64,000 nt of DNA from Candidatus Yanofskybacteria bacterium. GTDB taxonomy: Bacteria > Patescibacteriota > Minisyncoccia > 2-02-FULL-40-12 > GWA2-44-9. Shown piece after piece: positions 44,400 to 53,638 of the stretch. The stretch is from the NCBI GenBank assembly GCA_003151795.1, contig PLYL01000008.1:3103-67102 (forward strand), written 5' to 3'. The notes beneath the pieces are model-generated. The model did not search any database and had not been told where the DNA came from. It was given only the letters and a program-made list of their open reading frames with translations. The position numbers and the translations under genes were made by a program. Position 1 is the stretch's first letter, and each line of letters starts with the position of its first letter.

Positions 44400-46745
44400 C
44401 TAGGATTCTTTAGATGAAGTGTCAATGACAGCGATTTCCCCACTAGTAGAATCTTCAATGGCCTTCGGCTTTTTGGGAGTTGAAAATTCACTACCCGGCT
44501 TAGGCTTTCCATATTTTTTAGCAGGTTTAACTGGTTTTGATTTCCATATTACCAATGCTTCCTGCAGTTCGGCTTCGCTTTCGGGTTTCTTGCCCATCAG
44601 GAAGGTACAATCGGGCCAGCGGGAACAGGCATAAAAGAGTTTACCACGGCCGCGGGATTTTTTCTCCACAACATCGCCAGTCAGACAGTTCGGGCATTTG
44701 AATCCGGTCTTGTTGAAGATTTTGGAAATACCCTTACATTTAGGATAATCGACACAACCGAGGAAATAGCCGAAGCGCCCGCGGATTACTTTCATGGGTT
44801 TGCCGCAGATAGGGCACATTTCGCCTTTGGTTTTTTCTTCCAGTTCTTTTATTTTGGCGGCTTCTTCGGGCATAGGAAGCGAAACTTTGCTCCCAGGTTC
44901 GGGACAGGCGAGGAATTTACCGTTGCGTCCGAATTTAACGAGCATCATTTTACCGCAGTGCGGGCAAGGCGTAGTCGATTCGACGATTAGTTTTTCGACG
45001 AGTTCCGTTTTTTCTTTTAAGTTCTTGGCGAAAGGCGCGTAGAATTCTTCCACCACCGGCACCCATTTAATTTTGCCTTCGGCAATATCATCAAACTCTT
45101 CTTCAATGTGCGAGGTGAAATTTATGTCGATGACTTCTGGGAAGTTCTCAACGAGCATGTCGTTGACCGAAAAGCCAATTTCGGTGGGTTTATATTTCTT
45201 GTCTTCTTTTTCGACGTAGCCGCGGTCCTGAATCGTGGTGAGGGTCGGCGCATAGGTCGAAGGACGGCCGACGCCCGCGGCTTCAAGGGTTTTAATGAGC
45301 GAGGCGTCGGTGTATCTGGGCGGCGGTTCGGTGAAGTGCTGGTCTTTGGCGAGCTTAATCAGATTTAATAATTCTTTTTGGGACAATTCCGGAAGTTGGC
45401 CGTCTTCGTATGAGTCTTCTTCAGTCTTTTCGTCGTCTTCTTTGGTTTCGGTATAGGCGCGGATGAAGCCGTCAAATTTAACCGCTTGGCCGTTGGCGCG
45501 GAAGGTGTATTTTCTTGATTCTTGATTCTTGCTTCGTGCTTCTATATCCGCGGCGGTTTGGTCGAGAATGGCAACCTGCATCTGGCAGGCGATGGTCCGT
45601 TTCCAGATCAAGTCATAGAGGCGGAGCTGGCCGGAATCCAAATCTTTGTCGAGACTGTCGGGCAAGCGGGATAAATCGGTGGGCCGGACGGCTTCGTGAG
45701 CTTCCTGGGCGCCTTTGGATTTGTTGAGGAATGAGCGGGGCGCGTCGAGGCAATATTCCTTGCCAAATTGTTTCTTGATGACTTCTTGGGCTTGAGCCAG
45801 GGCAATTTCCGAGATATGCAAACTGTCGGTGCGCATGTAGGTAATCATGCCGGTTTCGTATAATCTCTGGGCCAAGGTCATGGTCTGTTTGGCGGAGAAG
45901 CCGAGTTTCTTGGCTGCTTCTTGCTGGAGAGTGGAAGTCGTAAATGGCGCGGGCGGGGTCCGTTTGACTTCTTTTTTCACGACGTCGATGACTTTATATT
46001 CGGCGCCGACTAATTCGTCGGTAATTTTTTTAGCGTCGGCTGGATTTTTAATGCCCAATCGGTCGATTGATTCTTCGCCCCCGCCTGGCCGGCCGGCAGG
46101 GATTTTGACGAGCCGAGCTTTGAAAGTCTTGTCCTCGTCTTTTTTAGAAAGGTCGGCTTCGACGGACCAGTATTCTTGGGGCGTGAATTTTAGGATTTCG
46201 CGTTCGCGCTCCACGACGAGGCGGACGGCGACGCTTTGGACGCGGCCCGCGGAAAGGCCGGAGCGGATTTTTTTCCACAGGAAGGGCGAGAGTTTGTAAC
46301 CGACGAGGCGGTCGATGATGCGCCGGGCCTGTTGGGCGTCGACGAGATTCTGGTCGAGCTGGCGGGGATGAGCGATGGCTTTTTCAATCGCGGGTTTGGT
46401 AATTTCATGGAAGACGACGCGTTCGGTCTTGCCGGCCGTGGTTTTCTTATCCAGGCCGAGGGCGTGGGCGAGATGCCAGGCGATGGCTTCGCCTTCGCGG
46501 TCCGGGTCGGTGGCGAGAATCACCATGTCGGCTTTGGCCGCCGCGGTTTTGAGTTCGCTGACAATCTTCTTGGCTTTTGTCGGAATAATATATTCAGGTT
46601 TGAAATCGTGGGCGATATCGATGCCGATGCCTTTCTTGGGTAAGTCGCGGATATGGCCGAAAGAGGATTTAACGACAAAATCGCCGCCGAGGAAGCGGGA
46701 GATGGTTTTAGCTTTGGTTGGGGATTCGACGATTATTAACTGCAT
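44400..46745 (-). CDS. topA: DNA topoisomerase I
   Basis: Toprim N-terminus, catalytic core, three C-terminal zinc ribbons, Lys-rich tail. Confidence 0.95.
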   Translation of the reverse strand: MQLIIVESPTKAKTISRFLGGDFVVKSSFGHIRDLPKKGIGIDIAHDFKPEYIIPTKAKKIVSELKTAAAKADMVILATDPDREGEAIAWHLAHALGLDKKTTAGKTERVVFHEITKPAIEKAIAHPRQLDQNLVDAQQARRIIDRLVGYKLSPFLWKKIRSGLSAGRVQSVAVRLVVEREREILKFTPQEYWSVEADLSKKDEDKTFKARLVKIPAGRPGGGEESIDRLGIKNPADAKKITDELVGAEYKVIDVVKKEVKRTPPAPFTTSTLQQEAAKKLGFSAKQTMTLAQRLYETGMITYMRTDSLHISEIALAQAQEVIKKQFGKEYCLDAPRSFLNKSKGAQEAHEAVRPTDLSRLPDSLDKDLDSGQLRLYDLIWKRTIACQMQVAILDQTAADIEARSKNQESRKYTFRANGQAVKFDGFIRAYTETKEDDEKTEEDSYEDGQLPELSQKELLNLIKLAKDQHFTEPPPRYTDASLIKTLEAAGVGRPSTYAPTLTTIQDRGYVEKEDKKYKPTEIGFSVNDMLVENFPEVIDINFTSHIEEEFDDIAEGKIKWVPVVEEFYAPFAKNLKEKTELVEKLIVESTTPCPHCGKMMLVKFGRNGKFLACPEPGSKVSLPMPEEAAKIKELEEKTKGEMCPICGKPMKVIRGRFGYFLGCVDYPKCKGISKIFNKTGFKCPNCLTGDVVEKKSRGRGKLFYACSRWPDCTFLMGKKPESEAELQEALVIWKSKPVKPAKKYGKPKPGSEFSTPKKPKAIEDSTSGEIAVIDTSSKES
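45514..45542. repeat. in-frame dispersed-repeat copy inside topA (encodes EARSKNQESRK on - strand)
   Basis: cttgattcttgattcttgcttcgtgcttc. Confidence 0.45.
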
Positions 46746-46760
46746 GTAACTGATTTAACC

Positions 46761-46865
46761 TTGAGAACTAACCCTTTCGCCCCAGACCCATGAAACCAGT
46801 CCCGTCGGTTTCCCCACTGCTGTGGGACCCCTTCCACTACTGGGGCTTAAAGGGTCAGTTCTCAA
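46761..46865. repeat. 105-bp element with ~25-bp near-perfect terminal inverted repeats between dprA and topA
   Basis: ttgagaactaaccctttcgccccag … ctggggcttaaagggtcagttctcaa; inner hairpin cccactgctgtggg; followed by ttttt. Confidence 0.55.
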
Positions 46866-46868
46866 TTT

Positions 46869-47732
46869 TTATTCTGACTTGCGAAAAATTCCGCCGGCCA
46901 TTTGTTTGATATGGCCCTGGATTTCCATGAGCGCGAGTGCGCCCATAACTTCTGACGCGCCAAACTTACTCTCTTCTATGATAGCGTCGATGTTTAAAGG
47001 GCCGTGTTCTTCGAGCACCGCAAGAATAGTAGCATGGGTTGGGTCGATTGTGGAGAGACGCGAAGATTTTGCGAGGGGAAGTTTGGAATAATCATCCAGG
47101 ACATCATGCGCAGAGGCGACTAGTTTTGCGCCGGTCCGAATGAGTTTATGCGGGCCCATCGATTTCGATGAAAAAATATTTCCCGGCACTGCGAAGACAT
47201 CGCGATTCTGTTCTCCGGCCAGCCGAGCTGTAATTAAAGAACCGCTCTTTTCATCGGCTTCGATAATGAGAACACCTTTTGATAAACCACTGATGATACG
47301 GTTTCGTTCGGGGAAGGACTGCTTGCCCGCTGGCTTCTTGCCAGGATGCTCGGAAATTATTAAGCCATTATTTTTCAAAATATCCAGCCCGAGCCGACGG
47401 TTTGTTTCCGGCGTTATAGTATCAATGCCTGAACCAAGGATGGCGATGGTCTTGCCGCCGCAATCAAGCGTGGCGCGATGGGCGACAGCATCAATACCCA
47501 AGGCTAGACCGCTCACAATCGTGAAATGGCGGGCGAGGCCAGGGACAATTTGCTGGGCGGCTTCTCGGCCATAGGGCGTCATCGAGCGCGTGCCGACGAC
47601 GGCGAAGCATTCCGTTTTGAATAACGCGATATTTCCACGGCAATATAAAACTTCCGGCGGATCCGAAATGTGTTTCAGGAGTTTCGGATAAGCCTTTGAT
47701 GTTCGCTCGACTTTGATGACGGGATAATCCAT
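46869..47732 (-). CDS. dprA: DNA processing protein DprA/Smf
   Basis: VGTRSMTPYGREAAQQIV…GLALGIDAVAH pattern. Confidence 0.85.
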   Translation of the reverse strand: MDYPVIKVERTSKAYPKLLKHISDPPEVLYCRGNIALFKTECFAVVGTRSMTPYGREAAQQIVPGLARHFTIVSGLALGIDAVAHRATLDCGGKTIAILGSGIDTITPETNRRLGLDILKNNGLIISEHPGKKPAGKQSFPERNRIISGLSKGVLIIEADEKSGSLITARLAGEQNRDVFAVPGNIFSSKSMGPHKLIRTGAKLVASAHDVLDDYSKLPLAKSSRLSTIDPTHATILAVLEEHGPLNIDAIIEESKFGASEVMGALALMEIQGHIKQMAGGIFRKSE

Positions 47733-47799
47733 GGATAGCCCATATTACCCCGGGAAACTGGAAAAAAGCAAATTAATGTGTTAGATTAGCGCATACAAT

Positions 47800-48528
47800 A
47801 TGCATCTGTCCGTCATCATTCCCGCGAAAAATGAAGAGAAGTTTATCGGGCCGACCGTGGCCTCGGTTTTCGAATATTTAACCGCACGCAACATTGAGCA
47901 CGAAATTCTGGTGGTGACGAATAAATCGACCGACAAAACCGGGGAAATCGTGAATGAACTGCAGGCTTCTACAGTTCCAACGGTTCGTCTTTTAGATTAC
48001 CCCAAAAATGGCGGCAAAGGTTTCGCCGTCCGGGAAGGCATGTTGCGGGCGAAGGGCGACTACCGGTTGTTTATGGATGCCGATAATTCGACTAAAATAG
48101 ACCAGCTTGAGCTGATGATGCCCTATTTTGAAAAGGGCTATGATGTCGTCATCGGTTCAATTCGCGCTCCCGGCCATGAAGTCGTTCGAGGCAGTGAATC
48201 GTGGCTTAGAATTTTTCTAGGCCGCCTCGCGGGCTGGTATACGCGCATTATTCTTTTGCCGGGGATTCTTGATACCCAGCGGGGATTCAAAATTGTGACG
48301 GCCAAAGCGACGCAAGATATCTTCTCCCGCTCCAAGATTACCCAATGGGGTTTTGACATGGAGATGCTCGCTCTCGCGCGCAAATTTGGTTACAAAATCA
48401 AAGAAGTGCCAGTGAAGTGGCACAACAGTCCCAATACCGAGTCGCACCCGCGCCTATCGGCATATGTCGAAACCCTCCTGGACACCCTTCGTATTAAGCG
48501 TGATTTATTACTCGGCCGGTATAAGTGA
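47800..48528 (+). CDS. GT2 glycosyltransferase (polyprenyl-phosphate sugar synthase-like)
   Basis: VIIPAKNEE…, DADNS (DxD) motif. Confidence 0.8.
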   Translation: MHLSVIIPAKNEEKFIGPTVASVFEYLTARNIEHEILVVTNKSTDKTGEIVNELQASTVPTVRLLDYPKNGGKGFAVREGMLRAKGDYRLFMDADNSTKIDQLELMMPYFEKGYDVVIGSIRAPGHEVVRGSESWLRIFLGRLAGWYTRIILLPGILDTQRGFKIVTAKATQDIFSRSKITQWGFDMEMLALARKFGYKIKEVPVKWHNSPNTESHPRLSAYVETLLDTLRIKRDLLLGRYK

Positions 48529-48540
48529 TATACTAATCAG

Positions 48541-49548
48541 GTGCTAAACGAATTCCGACAAGATCCGGTTTCGGGCGAGTGGGTGCTATTTTCGACGGCT
48601 CGAAGCAAGAAACCCCGCCCCAAAGACGAAGCGCCTTTCTATCAATCAAAGGAAGAATGTTTTTTTGAGCCGGAACGGATGGCCCAACAAGAAACTCCCG
48701 TGGCTGTATATAATCACGGCCAGATTGTAAATAATCTCTTGGCCGATTGGACGACGGTGGTGGTTCCGAACAAATTTCCGGCGTTGAAGCAGGGCATTTG
48801 CGGGCCAATAATTAATGTCGGACCGTTCACCGTGGCCGATGGCAGCGGTTTTCACGAACTGGTGATTACCCGCGATCATGAGAAGAGCTTCGCCCAATTC
48901 AGTGATGCCGAAACCGCCGAAGTCATTCAAGCTTACAGAGACCGGTATGCCGTTATCGCCAAAGATAATTGCGGAGAATATATTTCTATTTTTCATAATC
49001 ACGGCCGGCTCGCGGGCGCGTCCGTCTATCACAATCATTCTCAAATTCTTTCGATGCCCATGGTACCGACCTCTATTGTTCGGCACATGGATGGCGCCCG
49101 AGAGTATTTTAAAAAAACCGGCAGACGAATTCATGAAGTCCTGCTGGCGTGGGAAATGGCCGAGGACAAAAGAGTTGTTTATCAGAACGAGCATTTTATC
49201 GTCCTGTGTCCGTACGTGAGCCGGTCGGCGTATGAAATTAAGATTTTTCCGAAGCGCCCCAGCGCCAATTTTGGCGATATTTCCGATATTGAAATGCCGT
49301 TTCTTGCCAATGCTTTGACAGCCGTGTTAAAAAAACTTTTCACAGCGTTTAATGATATCGATTACGCGTTTTTCATCCATACGGCGCCGCCGAAAAAAGA
49401 AGGCTTGCCCAGCATATACGATTTTTACCAGTGGCACGTGGAAATTATGCCCCGCACCGGAATTGATGCCGGTCTTGAACTGGAAACAAACGTGCTTGTG
49501 AATACCGTCGACCCCGATGAAGCGGCGACGGCATTGAGAAACGCATAA
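48541..49548 (+). CDS. galT: galactose-1-phosphate uridylyltransferase-like HIT-family protein (GTG start)
   Basis: HNHGRLAGASVYHNHSQ (H-x-H-x-Q) active-site motif. Confidence 0.75.
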   Translation: MLNEFRQDPVSGEWVLFSTARSKKPRPKDEAPFYQSKEECFFEPERMAQQETPVAVYNHGQIVNNLLADWTTVVVPNKFPALKQGICGPIINVGPFTVADGSGFHELVITRDHEKSFAQFSDAETAEVIQAYRDRYAVIAKDNCGEYISIFHNHGRLAGASVYHNHSQILSMPMVPTSIVRHMDGAREYFKKTGRRIHEVLLAWEMAEDKRVVYQNEHFIVLCPYVSRSAYEIKIFPKRPSANFGDISDIEMPFLANALTAVLKKLFTAFNDIDYAFFIHTAPPKKEGLPSIYDFYQWHVEIMPRTGIDAGLELETNVLVNTVDPDEAATALRNA

Positions 49549-49553
49549 TTGTC

Positions 49554-50162
49554 ATGATTAATTTTTTAGCTAATATCGCTATTCACTTGTTGACCGTTGG
49601 CGGCTATAGCGGGTTGTTTGTCTTATCATTGCTTGAAAGCGCGGCGATTCCGATTCCATCGGAAGTAGTATTGCCGTTCGCGGGATTTTTGGTGGCATCA
49701 GGGCAATTTTCATTATGGACGGCGGTGATTGTGGCCACCATTGCTAATCTTGTTGGTTCAGCCATCTTGTTTTGGATTGGCATTTCGGGCGGCCGCTGGA
49801 TTCTGGAACGCTATGGCAGGTATGTATTGATTCAGAAACATGACATTGAAATCGGCGAAGCTTGGTTCGAGCGCCACGGCACCAAAGCCGTTTTTTACGG
49901 CCGACTATTGCCCTTGGTGCGGACATTTATATCGTTGCCGGCCGGCGTCAGCCGAATGAATTTTAAAAAGTTTTCGCTCTATACGGTTCTCGGCGCTTTG
50001 CCGTGGAATTTTGTCCTTATCTATGCCGGATACAAAACTGGCGAGCATTGGGATTCGCTCCGGCCATACTTCCATATAGCCGACATTGTTATCGGGATAT
50101 TCCTAGTGATACTTATCGGTTGGTATGCGTTCAAAAAACTCAAAAAGAAGAATGCCCAGTAG
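49554..50162 (+). CDS. DedA family membrane protein
   Basis: DedA signature G…YGRLLPLVRTFISLPAG. Confidence 0.7.
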   Translation: MINFLANIAIHLLTVGGYSGLFVLSLLESAAIPIPSEVVLPFAGFLVASGQFSLWTAVIVATIANLVGSAILFWIGISGGRWILERYGRYVLIQKHDIEIGEAWFERHGTKAVFYGRLLPLVRTFISLPAGVSRMNFKKFSLYTVLGALPWNFVLIYAGYKTGEHWDSLRPYFHIADIVIGIFLVILIGWYAFKKLKKKNAQ

Positions 50163-50292
50163 TGAAAGTCCGACTAGTTTTGCTTGGCGCTTTCAATAAT
50201 TTACTTTTAAGCTTAGTATAAATAAAAAATGTCTCGATGTGCGCTTTGTCCAGCAAAACAGAAAGCGCAGGTCGGACTTCTACTATCTGGGC

Positions 50293-51075
50293 ATGGCTAA
50301 AAAATATATTGTCGCCAACTGGAAAAATCATCCCGACTCTTGGGCGGAAGCTGAAAGTATTTTGAATTATATTGACGAGCATTTAAAGGGCATAGCGAAT
50401 CAAGAATCGTCTCTCGTTGTTTGCCCGCCATTCGTGTTTCTCGAAGAAGTTTCTAGAGTCATACAATTATCTCAACTTACCCAGAAAGCCGAACTTGGCG
50501 CGCAGGATATTGCAATAAATGACTCAATATCATTGACGGGGGGAATTTCGGGCATGATGTTGGTCAAACTTGGCGCCCGCTACGTGATTATCGGCCACTC
50601 TGAACGGCGTTGGCCTCGCGGTGAAAGCGCCGGCACCGGCGAGTCAAATCAAATCGTGAACTTAAAAATTAAACAAGCCTTGGCCGACGGCTTAATTCCG
50701 ATTGTGTGCGTCGGCGAAAAAGACCGGGCCGACGATTATATTAAATGGCTGAAGCAACAGGTCGGCGCGACGTTTGCCGGTTTATCCGGCGATCAAATCA
50801 GCCGGTGTTTAATTGCTTACGAACCGGTCTGGGCCATCTCGACCAACCCCGACGCCCGGCCCGACACGCCCGAATCCGCACTGGAATCAATCTCCGCGAT
50901 TCGAGATTTTTTGGCCGAAAATCATTCCCCGGCCGACGTCAGAATTCTTTACGGCGGTTCGGTGACCGAAAAAAACGCCAAAGACTTTCTTTCGTTGTCT
51001 GAAATCGCCGGTGTCCTCGTCGGTGGCGCCAGCATCCGCAAAGAAGAATTCGTCCAGATTATCAAACAGGTCTAG
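50293..51075 (+). CDS. tpiA: triosephosphate isomerase
   Basis: ANWKNH…, IIGHSERR; ATG 50293 (track 50239 is an upstream extension). Confidence 0.9.
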   Translation: MAKKYIVANWKNHPDSWAEAESILNYIDEHLKGIANQESSLVVCPPFVFLEEVSRVIQLSQLTQKAELGAQDIAINDSISLTGGISGMMLVKLGARYVIIGHSERRWPRGESAGTGESNQIVNLKIKQALADGLIPIVCVGEKDRADDYIKWLKQQVGATFAGLSGDQISRCLIAYEPVWAISTNPDARPDTPESALESISAIRDFLAENHSPADVRILYGGSVTEKNAKDFLSLSEIAGVLVGGASIRKEEFVQIIKQV

Positions 51076-51149
51076 GATTTGCTCTATACTTTACAGTGTG
51101 TTATAATTTGACTCCCCAGTATTAGTAGAGGGGAGAAAGGTAAATAGAC

Positions 51150-51440
51150 GTGATTCTGTCAGAAGGAAGTTCTGTTTTTGTCATCGATAATCCAGGGAGC
51201 GCTCCAGCCATAGAACTTCGGCTCCGCTTTCCTGGGCGGTCGTTCAAGATTGCCAGGGAACCACATCCCTGCAACTGCCCGCCATGGATGCCTAAAGATG
51301 ACGAAGCTTGCTCGGAGACCTGCCCGAGCCGCCAGTTCACAATTGAAGTTCCTCAAGGAGACAAGTTCGTCAAGAGGCGCGTAATGGTACGCGACTTCAG
51401 GATAGTGGAACAAGTAGCTCCAGTCCATACGTCCGCTTAG
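51150..51440 (+). CDS. hypothetical protein, GTG start, strong SD (aggggagaaagg)
   Basis: GC-rich 96-aa ORF between tpiA and pgk; antisense ORF 51159..51476 considered less likely. Confidence 0.4.
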   Translation: MILSEGSSVFVIDNPGSAPAIELRLRFPGRSFKIAREPHPCNCPPWMPKDDEACSETCPSRQFTIEVPQGDKFVKRRVMVRDFRIVEQVAPVHTSA

Positions 51441-51539
51441 GCGGACACAACGCTCCGCGCACTCGCACGATGCCATCTGGCATCGTGCCCCGAGCCCGGA
51501 GCTTTTGATTTTGTCTTATTTTAATGTACGATATGTAGG

Positions 51540-52613
51540 ATGCGAACTCTTCGAGACATCCCAGATTTAAAAGATAAAAAAGTCCTGTTACGGGTGGATT
51601 TTAATGTGCCCGTAAGTGAAAATGGGCAGATTGATGATGCGTTTCGAGTTAAGAAACAAAAAGAAATTCTAGACTTCCTTATCAGCCACGGCGCCAAAGT
51701 TGTGATGGTGTCGCATATCACGGCTACGCCAAGTTTCGCTGATTTAATACCCCAATTTCACATCCTGCTCGGTCTTGAAATTAATTTTATAAAATCGTTT
51801 GCTAATATCGGCGAGTATTTGGAACATTATGCCGGGCCCGCTCTACTAGATAATATTCGTCAGAATGAAGGCGAAGAAAAAAATGACTCCGATTTCGCGA
51901 AGCAGTTAGCTCAAGAATTTGATTTGTATATAAACAACGCGTTTGGCGAATGCCATCGGGATTATGCTTCTGTTTCGGCAATCACCAAATTTTTGTCGAG
52001 CTATGCCGGGCCATTGGTTGAGCAAGAAGTCGCTCAATTAAACAAAGTTATTGACGCGCCCAAAGAAGGCAAAGTGGTGATTATGGGCGGAGCGAAGGCT
52101 TCAACCAAAGTCCCGGTCATCAAAAATCTTATTGATAAATCGGAGGCGATACTGCTAGGCGGGGTCGTGGCCAATGATGTTCTCAAAGAAAAAGGCCAAG
52201 ACATGGGCAGTTCGGTGGTGGATGCCGAGGCACATGATTTGCTGGTCGGTCTCGATTTGAATGATTCCAGATTAGTGATTCCCAAAGATTTTATTATTTT
52301 TGATAACAAAATTCTGGATATCGGTGACGAAACCATGCGTCACTACATGGACATCGTTTCCAAAGCCACGATGATTATTTGGAATGGCCCACTGGGATTG
52401 TTTGAGAATCCCGTCTTCGCCAAAGGTACCAACGAGATTGCCCAAGCAATTATAGAATCATCGGCATTCAAAGTCATCGGCGGCGGCGACACGATATCCG
52501 CGGTTGATAAAATCGGTCTGTTGGCTAAATTCGATTTCGTCTCCACCGGCGGCGGCGCGATGCTCGCGTTTCTGGCGGGCGATAAATTGCCCGGCATAGA
52601 AGCATTGAATTAA
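51540..52613 (+). CDS. pgk: phosphoglycerate kinase
   Basis: LLRVDFNVP N-terminus and PGK hinge motifs. Confidence 0.9.
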   Translation: MRTLRDIPDLKDKKVLLRVDFNVPVSENGQIDDAFRVKKQKEILDFLISHGAKVVMVSHITATPSFADLIPQFHILLGLEINFIKSFANIGEYLEHYAGPALLDNIRQNEGEEKNDSDFAKQLAQEFDLYINNAFGECHRDYASVSAITKFLSSYAGPLVEQEVAQLNKVIDAPKEGKVVIMGGAKASTKVPVIKNLIDKSEAILLGGVVANDVLKEKGQDMGSSVVDAEAHDLLVGLDLNDSRLVIPKDFIIFDNKILDIGDETMRHYMDIVSKATMIIWNGPLGLFENPVFAKGTNEIAQAIIESSAFKVIGGGDTISAVDKIGLLAKFDFVSTGGGAMLAFLAGDKLPGIEALN

Positions 52614-53071
52614 TGAAAAACAAAATTACTATTTATACCGATGGGGGAGCGAGGGGGAATCCGGGGCCGGCGGGGATTGGGATTGTCATTGACGGATTGG
52701 CGGGCGGGAAGAAAACATTCGGCGAATATATTGGCGAGACGACCAATAACGAAGCCGAGTATCGGGCGTTGATTGTGGCATTGCAGAAATTAAAAAAACT
52801 GGCGGGCAAAAAAAAGTTGGAACAAGTTGATTGCTACGCCGACAGCGAATTGATGGTCAAACAGTTAAACGGCGAATATAAAGTTAAAGACACGAATCTC
52901 CGGGGACTTTTTATGGAAGTTTTAAAACTCAAATCGGAATTCAAGGTTCCGATATTATTTCATCATATCAAGCGGGCCCAAAACGCCGAAGCGGATGAAT
53001 TACTGAACCAAGTCCTTGATAAAGAGACGGGAAAACCCAGGTTTGATTACAAAGCTAAGGATATGGTATAA
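52613..53071 (+). CDS. RNase H-like protein
   Basis: IYTDGGARGNPGPAGIG…NNEAEYRAL…D catalytic residues. Confidence 0.75.
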   Translation: MKNKITIYTDGGARGNPGPAGIGIVIDGLAGGKKTFGEYIGETTNNEAEYRALIVALQKLKKLAGKKKLEQVDCYADSELMVKQLNGEYKVKDTNLRGLFMEVLKLKSEFKVPILFHHIKRAQNAEADELLNQVLDKETGKPRFDYKAKDMV

Positions 53072-53072
53072 T
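53043..53072 (+). promoter_or_regulatory. rnpB promoter: -35 ttgatt, 18 bp, extended -10 TGgTATAAT (inside 3' end of upstream CDS)
   Basis: read directly; RNA P1 begins ~7 nt downstream. Confidence 0.55.
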
Positions 53073-53075
53073 GAG

Positions 53076-53603
53076 GCGTCAGTACGCAGGCAATTGGTCG
53101 CCATAGGCGACAGGAAAGTCCGGGCACTATCCCGCACATAGCAAGCACTAGTTGCTTTCGCAATACGTATAGCGTGTTTGCGAAGAAAACGAGAATAAGA
53201 CGAGATACGTTGTTAATTAAACAATGTGTCGCAACAGTATTGCCAGTGCTTGCTATGTGCGGGAAACGGTAATGGGTAACTCCCATACACGGCAACGTGA
53301 GAGGTGCGAGCAGAGACGGCTTGTCTCGAAAGAGACGGCAAGCTAAACCCAGACCATTGATTTATCAAAGGTCACAGCTTAGCTCTCATCGGGGATACAA
53401 GATGAGAGGTGAAACGGCTAAATCCTTACTGGAGTGCAAGATCAAAGTCCCGCCCGCTTTTACCTAAAAGTGGGGCGGGATTACAAGTAGATCGCTTGAG
53501 CTCGCGAGCAATCGCGAGCCTAGATAAATAATTGTCGAGGCCCGCCACACTCATTCATGAGTGATGAGGGCTAGTACAGAACCCGGCTTATTACGTACTG
53601 ACC
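53076..53603 (+). ncRNA. rnpB: RNase P RNA (bacterial type, with AT-rich expansion)
   Basis: GGAAAGTCCGGGC (P4 5'), …GGGAAACGGTAA…, CCTAGATAAATAATTGTC, ACAGAACCCGGCTTA (P4 3'); P1 pairing of gtcagtacg with cgtactgac. Confidence 0.85.
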
Positions 53604-53638
53604 AAAATCGTCCGCCTCGGCGGGCGATTTTGTTTTAT
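53604..53638 (+). terminator. rho-independent terminator of rnpB
   Basis: atcgtccgcc/ggcgggcgat (one G·U) + tttgtttt. Confidence 0.8.

Noticed and set aside
44419-46749. Several plus-strand 70-150-aa ORFs inside topA
   Set aside because: Antisense or alternative frames of a strongly supported 781-aa topA CDS.
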